A DNA stretch of 64,000 nucleotides, taken from NCBI GenBank assembly GCA_050747745.1, contig JBOGKM010000086.1:69734-133733 (forward strand). Reading direction: 5' to 3'. Below the pieces are notes generated by a model. The model was given only the letters and a program-made list of their open reading frames with translations. It was not told where the DNA came from and did no database searches. This DNA comes from Terriglobales bacterium. Lineage in GTDB: Bacteria > Acidobacteriota > Terriglobia > Terriglobales > SCQP01. Positions 10,028 through 18,472 of this stretch are shown piece by piece (position 1 is the stretch's first letter; each line of letters begins with the position of its first letter). Both the position numbers and the translations under genes were made by a program.

Positions 10028-10561
10028 TCAGGGTAGCTTGCGGCCCTCGCCGCGGTCCACGGCAGTCCAGTGGACGCCGTCGCGGCTGTCTTCGATGACG
10101 ACGCCAACGCGATTGGGCGGCGACCACTGATAGACGATGCGCTCGCGCGCGGTTTGGCCGGGGGCGGTGGGGGCCTGCTCGATCCAGGTATTGCCGGCGA
10201 TGGCGAGGTGAGAGACATACGGGTGAGCGCCGTGCTCGCCGCCGGCGTACAGCTCGTAATGCCAGAAGGCGTGGTCGGCTTCATTCCAGGTGTCGACGAC
10301 CAATGACTCGACCTTGCGGCCGCCCCAGACGTTGCTGAAGGTGCATTCAAGATAGAGTTGGTTGGAGGACCAGCGGCAGTTCTCTTTCCAGGTCCAGGGG
10401 ATGGGCCTGCCGGAGCGGGTGTGCAACTGCTGGCCGTGGAACACCCAACGGCCGAGGGAAACGGCGAGCTTTCCGCGGGCGGCGGAGCTTGCGCCGGCTT
10501 GCCCGAAGCTTGGGAGCGGCGCCACCGCCAATATGAGGATGACGAACAGCATCCTGGTCAT
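10028..10561 (-). CDS. Secreted hypothetical protein
   Basis: 177-aa ORF with a clear signal peptide (MTRMLFVILILAVAPLPSFGQA), good G/C third-position bias and Trp-rich beta-type composition. No motif recognised. Confidence 0.55.
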   Translation of the reverse strand: MTRMLFVILILAVAPLPSFGQAGASSAARGKLAVSLGRWVFHGQQLHTRSGRPIPWTWKENCRWSSNQLYLECTFSNVWGGRKVESLVVDTWNEADHAFWHYELYAGGEHGAHPYVSHLAIAGNTWIEQAPTAPGQTARERIVYQWSPPNRVGVVIEDSRDGVHWTAVDRGEGRKLP

Positions 10562-10600
10562 GCGCCGAGTTTAACAGCTTTGCGAGAACGAGCAGCCGTT

Positions 10601-12751
10601 TCAGTGCAGGGGAATGAAGGTGAGAGCGGAAACGGTCTGGCCGTTTCGGGTGGCTTGGGCGGGATTCACTTCGTTGGTGTCAACGCCGCCGGAGACCGCG
10701 GCGGCGCTTTGCAGCAGGCCCAAATCCACATTGAGCAGCATGGTGCCATCGGAACTCAGCTCCAAGCCGTAAGCGCGGCCATCGGAGCCAGTGTAGGCGG
10801 CGAGGGTGGGGGGCTGGGCAAGCTGGGAGTTTTGCCAGGAGACGCCGTTGGGAGCGTTGGGCACGAAGGCCCAACGGATCGGGCTGGGAGCGGCTGGAGT
10901 GCCATTGACGGCGGCCTGGGACAAACCGGCAACGGCAATGCAATTACCCAGGTTGGCGAGCCAGCCGAGGTGGCCGACCAGATCCACATCCATGCCATGC
11001 CAGGGCTGGGCGCAACCGGCAGTGATGCTGAAGGGAGCGGCAGGAGCCTGGCTGGTGCCATTGGCGGTTTTGGCGTTGTTGAGATTCAGGGCGAGATAGG
11101 CGCCGGAAACGGTATCGCCAGCACTGAGCACGCCGCTGGTTGCGTCCCAGGTGGCGGTGCCGGTGGCGGAACCGAAGAGCGAGCCGAGGGGTTCAGCCTC
11201 GCTTACGCTTACCGGGTGCAGATCAATCAGCTGGACGCCGCTGCCGCCGGAGGAAGCGTAAGGAACGAAAATGCGCTGGGTGAGCGGATCGTAGGAGAAA
11301 TTGGCGCTGGCGGGCGCGGCAATGGGGGTGGACGTGATGCCGTTGTCCAAGTTGAGGGTGAAATAACCCGCCGCCGTGTCCAGAATGGCCTCATGGCGGG
11401 CGCTGTCGACCATCAGGGCGCAAACCTTGCAGCTTAATCCGTTCACGGTGGTGGAGCTGGAGACGGGCACGGTGAACGAGCCGGTAACGGTGTTCAGGTT
11501 GGAGTTCACGATTTCGAGAATGTTGCTGTCCGTGCTGGCCACGATCACCTGATTCTCGGCCGGATCGGCGGCGGCCATGCTGGGCTGATAGCCGCTGGGC
11601 ATCAGCACGGAGGCGATTTGCTGGCTCGAATCCAGGTCCACCACCGCCAGGCTATCCGGCTGCGGCACGTAAGCCTCGGTAATCGGCAGGCTGTTGAATG
11701 CAACCGTGATCGAGCCCGCCGTGGGATAGACAGTGCACGTGAATACCGCAACGATGGTGCCAGCGGCTGGTACAGACATTGCCTGGTAGGTATCGGCGGG
11801 TGTGAATGCAAACAAGGCAGTTTCGGACGGCGCCGCGGTGCCCCCAGCCTGCACGGACTCAAGCTGCACCTGGCAGCCCAAGGGCGATCCGGTAATCCCG
11901 CTTCCGGTTACGCTGAGCACGCCGGAGGACACCTGCGCGGGCAGCTTTACACCAACGCTCGTAGCCGCAGCCGTGGCCGGCTGCGCTCCCAGCAGAGTCA
12001 GATTGGCATTAGCGTCGCTACCGGCCGATGCCACGGTAACTGCAATGGCGCTGGAGGTGGCGGGACTGGTGGGCAAGCTGCGAACCAGGAAGGAGTTGGG
12101 CGGGCCGAAGGGAAATGGGTTGACGACGCTCAGGCCGAGCATGCCGGGCTGCTCGATTTGAGCGGCAACTTGCATTTCCGTGGGGCTGATCAATTGCGTG
12201 CTGGTGATGTCGGCACCGCTCATGGACACGGTTGCGCCAGCAGCGAAATTGATTCCGGTCACGTTGAAGGTGGCAGGTTGGCCAGCGGTGACCTGAGCGG
12301 GGGTAACGTTGCTGACCAGCGCGGTCGGATTCTCGAGCGTGAAGGTCCAGGTAGCGGTGTTGGTGGGATCGACCTGGGCGGCAGCCTGGACTACAACTTC
12401 GTTGGGATTGGGCACGACCAGGGGAGCGGTGTAGTTGCCGTTCTCATCGATATAGCCGTAGATGGCGTTGCCGCCCGGGACGTAATTGCCGTCCTGGCCA
12501 ACCGAGTAAATGATGTTGGTGTTGGTGCTATTGGTGACCTGGCCTTCCAAGGGCACGGTCGAGGGAATGATCTCGCCGTTGCTGTCGAGGGAGGAGATGA
12601 CCAGGGCGCTGGTGGCGGCGGTGAGAGAGATCGCCAACGGGGGCGGTGGGATGTAGTAAGTATCGCAGGCGCCGGTGCCCAAGAGTATCAAACCGGTGAC
12701 TAGACCGACAAGCCAAAGGAGGTGTTGGCGCATACAAACAGGTCGTATCAT
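10601..12751 (-). CDS. Large secreted/lipoprotein-like protein with Ig-like (IPT/TIG-type) and beta-propeller-like repeats
   Basis: 716-aa ORF. Signal peptide ends in LLGTGAC (lipobox-like). It has Ser/Thr/Asn/Val-rich beta repeats; the segment VSNVTPAQVTAGQPATFNVTGINFAAGATVSMSG looks IPT/TIG-like. Confidence 0.6.
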   Translation of the reverse strand: MIRPVCMRQHLLWLVGLVTGLILLGTGACDTYYIPPPPLAISLTAATSALVISSLDSNGEIIPSTVPLEGQVTNSTNTNIIYSVGQDGNYVPGGNAIYGYIDENGNYTAPLVVPNPNEVVVQAAAQVDPTNTATWTFTLENPTALVSNVTPAQVTAGQPATFNVTGINFAAGATVSMSGADITSTQLISPTEMQVAAQIEQPGMLGLSVVNPFPFGPPNSFLVRSLPTSPATSSAIAVTVASAGSDANANLTLLGAQPATAAATSVGVKLPAQVSSGVLSVTGSGITGSPLGCQVQLESVQAGGTAAPSETALFAFTPADTYQAMSVPAAGTIVAVFTCTVYPTAGSITVAFNSLPITEAYVPQPDSLAVVDLDSSQQIASVLMPSGYQPSMAAADPAENQVIVASTDSNILEIVNSNLNTVTGSFTVPVSSSTTVNGLSCKVCALMVDSARHEAILDTAAGYFTLNLDNGITSTPIAAPASANFSYDPLTQRIFVPYASSGGSGVQLIDLHPVSVSEAEPLGSLFGSATGTATWDATSGVLSAGDTVSGAYLALNLNNAKTANGTSQAPAAPFSITAGCAQPWHGMDVDLVGHLGWLANLGNCIAVAGLSQAAVNGTPAAPSPIRWAFVPNAPNGVSWQNSQLAQPPTLAAYTGSDGRAYGLELSSDGTMLLNVDLGLLQSAAAVSGGVDTNEVNPAQATRNGQTVSALTFIPLH

Positions 12752-13082
12752 CAGAATTCGTTAATCGGGCTGCCGGGGCAGCATGCAGGCGGGATAGGGA
12801 AATCAGTGCTCATTATAACCAAACGCCAACCAGGGTGGCCTAGGCCGCTGGTCTTAATTTGAGATGGTCCTCAACGTGCAGGGGGAGAGGGTGGAGTGGC
12901 AGGAAATATGATCGAGGGATCGTTGACTTTGGCGTTGGCGGTCGGCGCGATCGCGTTGACCACGGGGGTTGCGTTCGTAGCCTTGCGACTTTTGTGCCTG
13001 GGGATTGAGCAAAAATTGCGCCACTGAAGTTCCGATTTGGTGTGGACGGAAGCGGTGGCAGCTTCGTTACAATCGAGAATTG

Positions 13083-14387
13083 ATGAAACCTGAATACCGG
13101 CGGTTCGCTCCATATCTGGCGGTTGTGGTTGTAGTGGGGGCCGGGGCAGCGCTGTGGGCGTGGCACAGCAAGGTGGATGCGGATGGGGTGAGCGCGCGCA
13201 AGGGGGCGATGGTGGCGCCCGTGAACCCGCCGCCAGCCGCCAGCAGCGTCAGCCGCAGCATTACCGTTCCGGCGCACAGCAATTTCATGGCGGCGATGGC
13301 GCCATTTCACCTCGCCTCCGGGGTGCTGCATGAGCTGGTAGCGGCGGCGCGGCCGGTGTACAACCTGGCCAATATCCGCGCCGGGCGGACGCTGACCCTG
13401 GTGCTGACGACGGGCGGAGAGCTGACGGCGCTGGCCTACCAAGTAGACGGGGACCACCAGCTATGGCTGAGGGCCAAACCGGCGGCCGTGGCGGGCGGAG
13501 CGCCGGTGTGGGCGGCTTCGATTGAGGCGATACCGTTTACGACGCGGCTGGTGGGAGTGTGCGGCGAGGTGCAGTCATCACTGTTTCAAGCGGTGGAAGA
13601 TGCGGGAGCGCAGGATGAGCTGGCAGTGAAGATGGCGGGCATCTTCGGCTGGGATCTGGATTTTTACACGGATACGCGGCAAGGAGATGAGTTCAAAGTT
13701 CTGGTGGAAGAGCATTTTCGGGAAGGCAAGTTTGCCGGCTATGGCCAGATTGTGGCCGCCGAGTACGTGAACGGAGGTCATCCGTACACGGCGCTGCGCT
13801 TTCATGACCGGCAGGGCTACCTGGCCTACTATCGGCCGGACGGACGGCCGATGAAGCGGGAATTCTTGAAATCGCCGCTGAAGTTCGATGCGCGCGTGAC
13901 CAGTGGGTTTAGCTATCACCGCTACCATCCCATTCTGAAGATATATCGGCCGCATCTGGGAACGGATTTGGCGGCACCGATGGGCACGCCGGTGCAGACG
14001 ATTGGTGCGGGAGTGGTGATTTATGCCGGGCGCAAGGGCGAAGACGGCAACATGGTGGAAATCCGGCACCCGCATCACTACAAGACGCTGTACTTGCACC
14101 TGTCGAAAATTCTGGTGCATGTGGGAGAGCATGTCGCGCAAGGGCAGCGCATCGGGCGGGTGGGAATGACCGGGCTGGCGACCGGGCCGCACCTGGACTT
14201 CCGCGTCGAGCACAATGGCGTGTTCAAAAACTACGAGATTTTCCGCAAGAAGCTACCGCCCGGATTGCCGATCCGGCAGCAGCTCATGCCGCAGTTCGAG
14301 GCGCTGCGAAGCACGTTGATGCCGGAGCTGAACAGGCTAGAGCCGGGGGCAGAAACCAGGACTGCGACGGCGACGACGGGGAATTAA
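13083..14387 (+). CDS. M23 family metallopeptidase (peptidoglycan DD-endopeptidase-like)
   Basis: N-terminal TM anchor (FAPYLAVVVVVGAGAALWAW) and M23 motifs HLGTDLAAPMGTPV, LYLHLSK and GPHLDFRV. The ORF opens at 13005; ATG 13083 precedes the anchor. Confidence 0.85.
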   Translation: MKPEYRRFAPYLAVVVVVGAGAALWAWHSKVDADGVSARKGAMVAPVNPPPAASSVSRSITVPAHSNFMAAMAPFHLASGVLHELVAAARPVYNLANIRAGRTLTLVLTTGGELTALAYQVDGDHQLWLRAKPAAVAGGAPVWAASIEAIPFTTRLVGVCGEVQSSLFQAVEDAGAQDELAVKMAGIFGWDLDFYTDTRQGDEFKVLVEEHFREGKFAGYGQIVAAEYVNGGHPYTALRFHDRQGYLAYYRPDGRPMKREFLKSPLKFDARVTSGFSYHRYHPILKIYRPHLGTDLAAPMGTPVQTIGAGVVIYAGRKGEDGNMVEIRHPHHYKTLYLHLSKILVHVGEHVAQGQRIGRVGMTGLATGPHLDFRVEHNGVFKNYEIFRKKLPPGLPIRQQLMPQFEALRSTLMPELNRLEPGAETRTATATTGN

Positions 14388-14446
14388 GCGGGTCAGCTTG
14401 CTGCCGCCGCGGCTCCGGATGCGGCGCCTTCAGCGATAATTAAGGC

Positions 14447-15028
14447 GTGTCGACGACGACGGTGAAGCCGGCGGTGCCGGAGTGGCGCTACCCCGCGAAC
14501 CTGCTGACGGAGCTGCGGTTGCTGGCGGTTCCGGTGATTCTGGCAGCGGTAGTGATGCGGCGGCCAGGCTGGGCTGTGGCCATATTCATAGCGGCGGCGA
14601 TCAGCGATGGCATGGACGGGTGGATCGCGCGCCATTTCAATCAGCGCTCGGCGTTAGGGATGTATCTGGATCCTGGTACGGACAAGATCCTTATCGCGGC
14701 GCTGTTTTTGGCTTTGGCAATTGTGGGCGAAATGCCGTGGGTGGTGACGATCATCGTCTACATTCGCGACATTGGGATTGTGATCGCAGCGGCGGCGCTG
14801 TATTGGGGCGGTGGATTTCGGGACTTCCGGCCAACCTGGTGGGGGAAGGTGTCGACGACAGCAGAGCTGGCGACGGTGGGAGTGGCGCTGTTGGACAATT
14901 GGTCGCCGCGGGTGTGGCTGCGCGATCTGGAACGGGTGGGGTGGGTGCTGGTAGTGGTGCTGGCGGTAGTGTCGGGGTTGCACTACGCATTTACGTCGGC
15001 GCGGCGTTTTCACGCGCAACAGGCATGA
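14447..15028 (+). CDS. pgsA: CDP-alcohol phosphatidyltransferase (PgsA-like)
   Basis: 193-aa polytopic ORF with a GTG start. It has the full CDP-alcohol motif DGMDGWIARHFNQRSALGMYLDPGTDK (D-G-x2-A-R-x8-G-x3-D-x3-D). Confidence 0.75.
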   Translation: MSTTTVKPAVPEWRYPANLLTELRLLAVPVILAAVVMRRPGWAVAIFIAAAISDGMDGWIARHFNQRSALGMYLDPGTDKILIAALFLALAIVGEMPWVVTIIVYIRDIGIVIAAAALYWGGGFRDFRPTWWGKVSTTAELATVGVALLDNWSPRVWLRDLERVGWVLVVVLAVVSGLHYAFTSARRFHAQQA

Positions 15029-15054
15029 GAGGGGCATGCATCCGACGGCGGTAG

Positions 15055-15297
15055 ATGACCAAAGAACCCATTCTAATGTTGTCGCGCCGGAAGCGGCCGA
15101 TGGAGCGAGTGGCGCAGGCGGCGGGACAATGGGCACGCCGCGGACGGGTGCAATCGGAACGGCTGAGGAAACTGCTGCGAGAGGCGCAGAGCGCGGAAGG
15201 GCGGAGGCGGCAGGTAGTGCCGCTAATGGGCATTTGCGTAGCGCTGGGCGCGCTCGTCGGGTTTGCGATCGGCTGGCACGGCCAGCGGCGAGGATAG
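15055..15297 (+). CDS. Small hypothetical C-terminally membrane-anchored protein
   Basis: 80-aa ORF with a basic helical N-terminus and a single C-terminal TM (VVPLMGICVALGALVGFAIGW). No homology recognised. Confidence 0.35.
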   Translation: MTKEPILMLSRRKRPMERVAQAAGQWARRGRVQSERLRKLLREAQSAEGRRRQVVPLMGICVALGALVGFAIGWHGQRRG

Positions 15298-15307
15298 AAC
15301 TTCCATC

Positions 15308-15541
15308 ATGCCATCACACGCGATGACGCTACCGGAACTGAACCGGCGTTTGCTGGAAGAGCGCGGGGCATTCGTGGACACCGCGGAGGCGCTGCGAAGC
15401 CGCATGCGGCAGAAGGCGCGCAATTTGCTACCGCAGCGGCAATTGCAGCGCCATCCGGAAGCGGGCCTGGTGCTGGCGCTGGGAGCGGGATTGCTGGCGG
15501 GGCGGATTGCCGGTGGCATCCTCGGGAGCCTGCTCCGCTAA
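15308..15541 (+). CDS. Small hypothetical C-terminally membrane-anchored protein
   Basis: 77-aa from ATG 15308, with a helical N-terminus and a C-terminal TM (GLVLALGAGLLAGRIAGGILGSLL). Same architecture as the preceding ORF. Confidence 0.35.
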   Translation: MPSHAMTLPELNRRLLEERGAFVDTAEALRSRMRQKARNLLPQRQLQRHPEAGLVLALGAGLLAGRIAGGILGSLLR

Positions 15542-15550
15542 GCTGAGGAA

Positions 15551-15985
15551 GTGAATTTCCGGGCACTTACGCCTGTGGACGCGGCGCAGGCCTATGAGCT
15601 GGATCAGCAGTGCTTTCCGGCCGGCATCGCTTATGCGGCGGAAGAAATTGCCGCCTACATGCAAATGCCGGGGTTTCATTTAGGGTGCGTCGATGGAGGG
15701 ATTCTGGCAGGCATGATACTGACAGTCGGGCGGCGTGGGTGCGGGCACGTGATCACGGTGGATGTGGATGCCGGATGGCGGCGGCGCGGAATCGGGCAGC
15801 ACCTGATGCGAGCGGCGGAGGACCATTATCGCCAGCAAGGGGCGCGCGGGATGCGGCTGGAAGCGGCGGTGAACAACGCTGGGGCGCTGGCATTTTATGC
15901 ACGCCTCGGCTACCGCGTTGTCGGCGCGCTTAGCGGCTACTATGCCCCCGATCTGGATGCACTGCGGCTGGAGAAGCGGTTTTAA
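15551..15985 (+). CDS. GNAT family N-acetyltransferase (RimI-like)
   Basis: 144-aa ORF with a GTG start and the acetyl-CoA binding motif RRRGIGQHLM (R/Q-x-x-G-x-G/A), followed by ALAFYARLGY. Confidence 0.8.
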   Translation: MNFRALTPVDAAQAYELDQQCFPAGIAYAAEEIAAYMQMPGFHLGCVDGGILAGMILTVGRRGCGHVITVDVDAGWRRRGIGQHLMRAAEDHYRQQGARGMRLEAAVNNAGALAFYARLGYRVVGALSGYYAPDLDALRLEKRF

Positions 15986-16839
15986 ACGAGAAAGCGCCCG
16001 TCGGGGGCGATGTGGGCGTTATCAATGAGGCGGGTGGGGCCGGCAAAGGCGGCGACGGCAAAGAGGGTGCCAGGTACAGCGGCGGGCACAGGCAGGAGGT
16101 CGTTGCCGTCCACGGCACTGAGATACTCGAGGCGGAGGCGCGGCTCGGCAGCTAGTACGGGATGTCCGCGCGCCAGCAGAGCGGCTGTGTCGCGCTCACC
16201 GGCGGCATAGCCGGCGGCGATGGCCTGCAACGCACGCGAGAGGGCAGTGGCGGCTTGGCGGTGGTCTGGACTAAGAAGACGGTTGCGGGAGCTGAGCGCA
16301 ACGCCGTCGTTTTCGCGGACGATGGGACAGACGACGAGTTCGACGGGAAGGAAGAAATCACGGACCAGGCGGCGTAGGACGGCGACCTGTGCGGCGTCTT
16401 TTTGTCCGAAGTAGGCGTGGCGGGGACGCGCGAGTTCGAACAGTTTGAGCACCACGGTGGCGACGCCGCGGAAATGACCGGGGCGGGTGGCGCCACAGAG
16501 GCGATCGCTGAGGGTGGCAACTTCCACAAGACTGGCCGCGCCAGGCGGATACATGGCGGCGTCGTCGGGCGCGAATACCAGGGCGACGCGCTCGCGTTCG
16601 AGCAGGAGGCAGTCCTGATCGAGCGTGCGGGGATAGCGGTCGAAGTCCTCATCGGGACCGAACTGGGTGGGATTGACGAAAATGGAAACCGCAGTGGCGG
16701 CATCGCGGGCGCGAGAGGCGCGCACCAGGGAACGATGGCCCGCATGCAACGCGCCCATGGTGGGGACCAAGCCCAGGCCGTGTGCCGCCAAACGAGCGCA
16801 GCGGTGCTGAAACGCGGCCGGATCGCGGATTATTTCCAC
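15982..16839 (-). CDS. panC: Pantoate--beta-alanine ligase
   Basis: 285-aa ORF with LVPTMGALHAGHRSLV (HxGH nucleotidyltransferase motif), FVNPTQFGP and FGQKDAAQ. Confidence 0.9.
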   Translation of the reverse strand: MEIIRDPAAFQHRCARLAAHGLGLVPTMGALHAGHRSLVRASRARDAATAVSIFVNPTQFGPDEDFDRYPRTLDQDCLLLERERVALVFAPDDAAMYPPGAASLVEVATLSDRLCGATRPGHFRGVATVVLKLFELARPRHAYFGQKDAAQVAVLRRLVRDFFLPVELVVCPIVRENDGVALSSRNRLLSPDHRQAATALSRALQAIAAGYAAGERDTAALLARGHPVLAAEPRLRLEYLSAVDGNDLLPVPAAVPGTLFAVAAFAGPTRLIDNAHIAPDGRFLV

Positions 16840-17696
16840 TTGGGTTCGGCCTGCGCAGCAGGCATATGGTAACTTTCACTGTCGGCGGGGAACTGACCGC
16901 TCTCGACGTCCTGGCGGTAGGACTCGGCGGCGTTGCGGATGACAGTGGCGAGATCGGCGTAAGCGCGAACGAACTTCGGGCGCGGGCGGAAGCTGAGTCC
17001 GAGCAGGTCGTGCAGGACGAGGATTTGGCCATCACATTCGGGACCGGCGCCGATGCCGATGGTGGGAATGGAAGCATCACGGGTGATGGCGGCAGCAAGC
17101 TCACGCGGAATGCCCTCCAACACAAGTGCAAACGCGCCGGCGGCCTCGACGGCGGCGGCGTCGCGGCGAATCTGATCGGCGGCTTCCGGCGAGGCGCCCT
17201 GGACGCGGTAGCCGCCGTGGCGGTTGACCGACTGCGGAGTGAGGCCGACGTGGCCCATCACGGGCACTTCGGCGGCGATCATAGCATGGACGATATCGGC
17301 GCGAGCAGCACCGCCCTCGAGTTTGACGGCTTCGGCACCGGATTCTTTGACCATGCGCAGGGCGTTGCGGACGGCCTGACGAGGGCCGAGATGATAGCTG
17401 CCGTACGGCATATCGGCGACCACGAGGGCGCGTTTGGCCGCGCGATGCACCAAACGCACGGCGATCAACATTTCTTCCATGGTCACGGCCAAGGTATTGT
17501 CTTCACCGCCGCTGGCCATGGCCCAGGAGTCGCCGACCAGAAGAATATCCATGCCGGCTTCATCCAAAAGGCGGGCGAAAGGATAATCGTAAGCGGTGAG
17601 GCAGGTGAGCTTTTCGTGGCGCTGCTTTTTAGCAGCGCAGGAAGCAACGGTGACCTTAAGCGCCGCCGCAGCCGAAGCGGAAGGATATAAGCTCAT
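16830..17696 (-). CDS. panB: 3-methyl-2-oxobutanoate hydroxymethyltransferase
   Basis: 288-aa ORF with LTCLTAYDYPFA, LLVGDS, VVADMPYGSY, VKLEGG and VMGHVGLTPQS. It overlaps the panC start by 10 nt. Confidence 0.9.
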   Translation of the reverse strand: MSLYPSASAAAALKVTVASCAAKKQRHEKLTCLTAYDYPFARLLDEAGMDILLVGDSWAMASGGEDNTLAVTMEEMLIAVRLVHRAAKRALVVADMPYGSYHLGPRQAVRNALRMVKESGAEAVKLEGGAARADIVHAMIAAEVPVMGHVGLTPQSVNRHGGYRVQGASPEAADQIRRDAAAVEAAGAFALVLEGIPRELAAAITRDASIPTIGIGAGPECDGQILVLHDLLGLSFRPRPKFVRAYADLATVIRNAAESYRQDVESGQFPADSESYHMPAAQAEPKWK

Positions 17697-17770
17697 AAGC
17701 GGGGTACCTGTCCCCGACCGGGGATCAAGTCTCCTTTCACGTTCATTGTACGCCCGAAGGGTTGTGGGGC

Positions 17771-18460
17771 CTACTCTCCCAGAGGCAGGTAATATTGAGT
17801 GCCGGAGACTGGCTCCTCCAGGCGGCGCATGAGCTCGCGCAGATCGTCAGCTTTTTCCACAAAATCAATTTCGGTGGTGTTGACCACCAGCAGGTCCGTC
17901 TGCGAGTAGCGAAAAAAGAAGTGATCGTAGGCTTTGACGACTTCGCTCAGATACTCATCCGAGACGCGCTGTTCCTGGGCAAGCTGCTTGCGTTCCACTC
18001 GCTGGCGGAGCACGGCAGGCGTGGCCTGAAGGTAGATCACCAAATCAGGTACAGCGATTTGCGGGTGGAGGAATTCGTAGTACTGGTTGTAGACCGCCAG
18101 TTCGGCATCGCTGAGGTTGATGTAGGCGAAGATCTTGTCTTTTTCGAAGATGTAATCAGCCACGAGCGGCATGTAAGGACGCCCGGGGCCGAGAGGTGCG
18201 AGTTGTTGATAGCGTTGCAGAAGGAAGTGCATCTGAGTGCGAAAGGCGGCGCCGGGTTCGCCGGCGTAAAAGCACGAAAGGTGGGGGTTGTCTTCGCACT
18301 CCAACAATAGGCGAGCACCGCTGCGCTCGGCCAGGATACGCGCCAGGCTAGATTTGCCGACGCGGATGGGGCCTTCGATGGCGATGTAGCGCGGGGGCGG
18401 ACCCTCTGCCGGGCTGGGCATCCCAGCATTGTATAGCCAAAGGACGCTGCGGCGGCGCAT
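17771..18460 (-). CDS. Deoxynucleoside kinase family protein
   Basis: P-loop IAIEGPIRVGKSSLA, dNK-like segments (FRTQMHFLLQRY, DYIFEKDKIFA) and an LID-like RQRVERK. The start is uncertain (ATG 18460 or 18421). Confidence 0.75.
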   Translation of the reverse strand: MRRRSVLWLYNAGMPSPAEGPPPRYIAIEGPIRVGKSSLARILAERSGARLLLECEDNPHLSCFYAGEPGAAFRTQMHFLLQRYQQLAPLGPGRPYMPLVADYIFEKDKIFAYINLSDAELAVYNQYYEFLHPQIAVPDLVIYLQATPAVLRQRVERKQLAQEQRVSDEYLSEVVKAYDHFFFRYSQTDLLVVNTTEIDFVEKADDLRELMRRLEEPVSGTQYYLPLGE

Positions 18461-18472
18461 CTAAGGCGAGCA

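Noticed and set aside
12752-13082. 330-bp lower-GC gap before the M23 peptidase gene, considered for an ncRNA or small ORF
   Set aside because: I could not fold a convincing conserved structure by eye. The small ORFs there (for example 12871-13113 minus) have no SD or motif. A TACAAT about 10 nt before ATG 13083 may be a -10 box, but the evidence is too thin to report as a feature.
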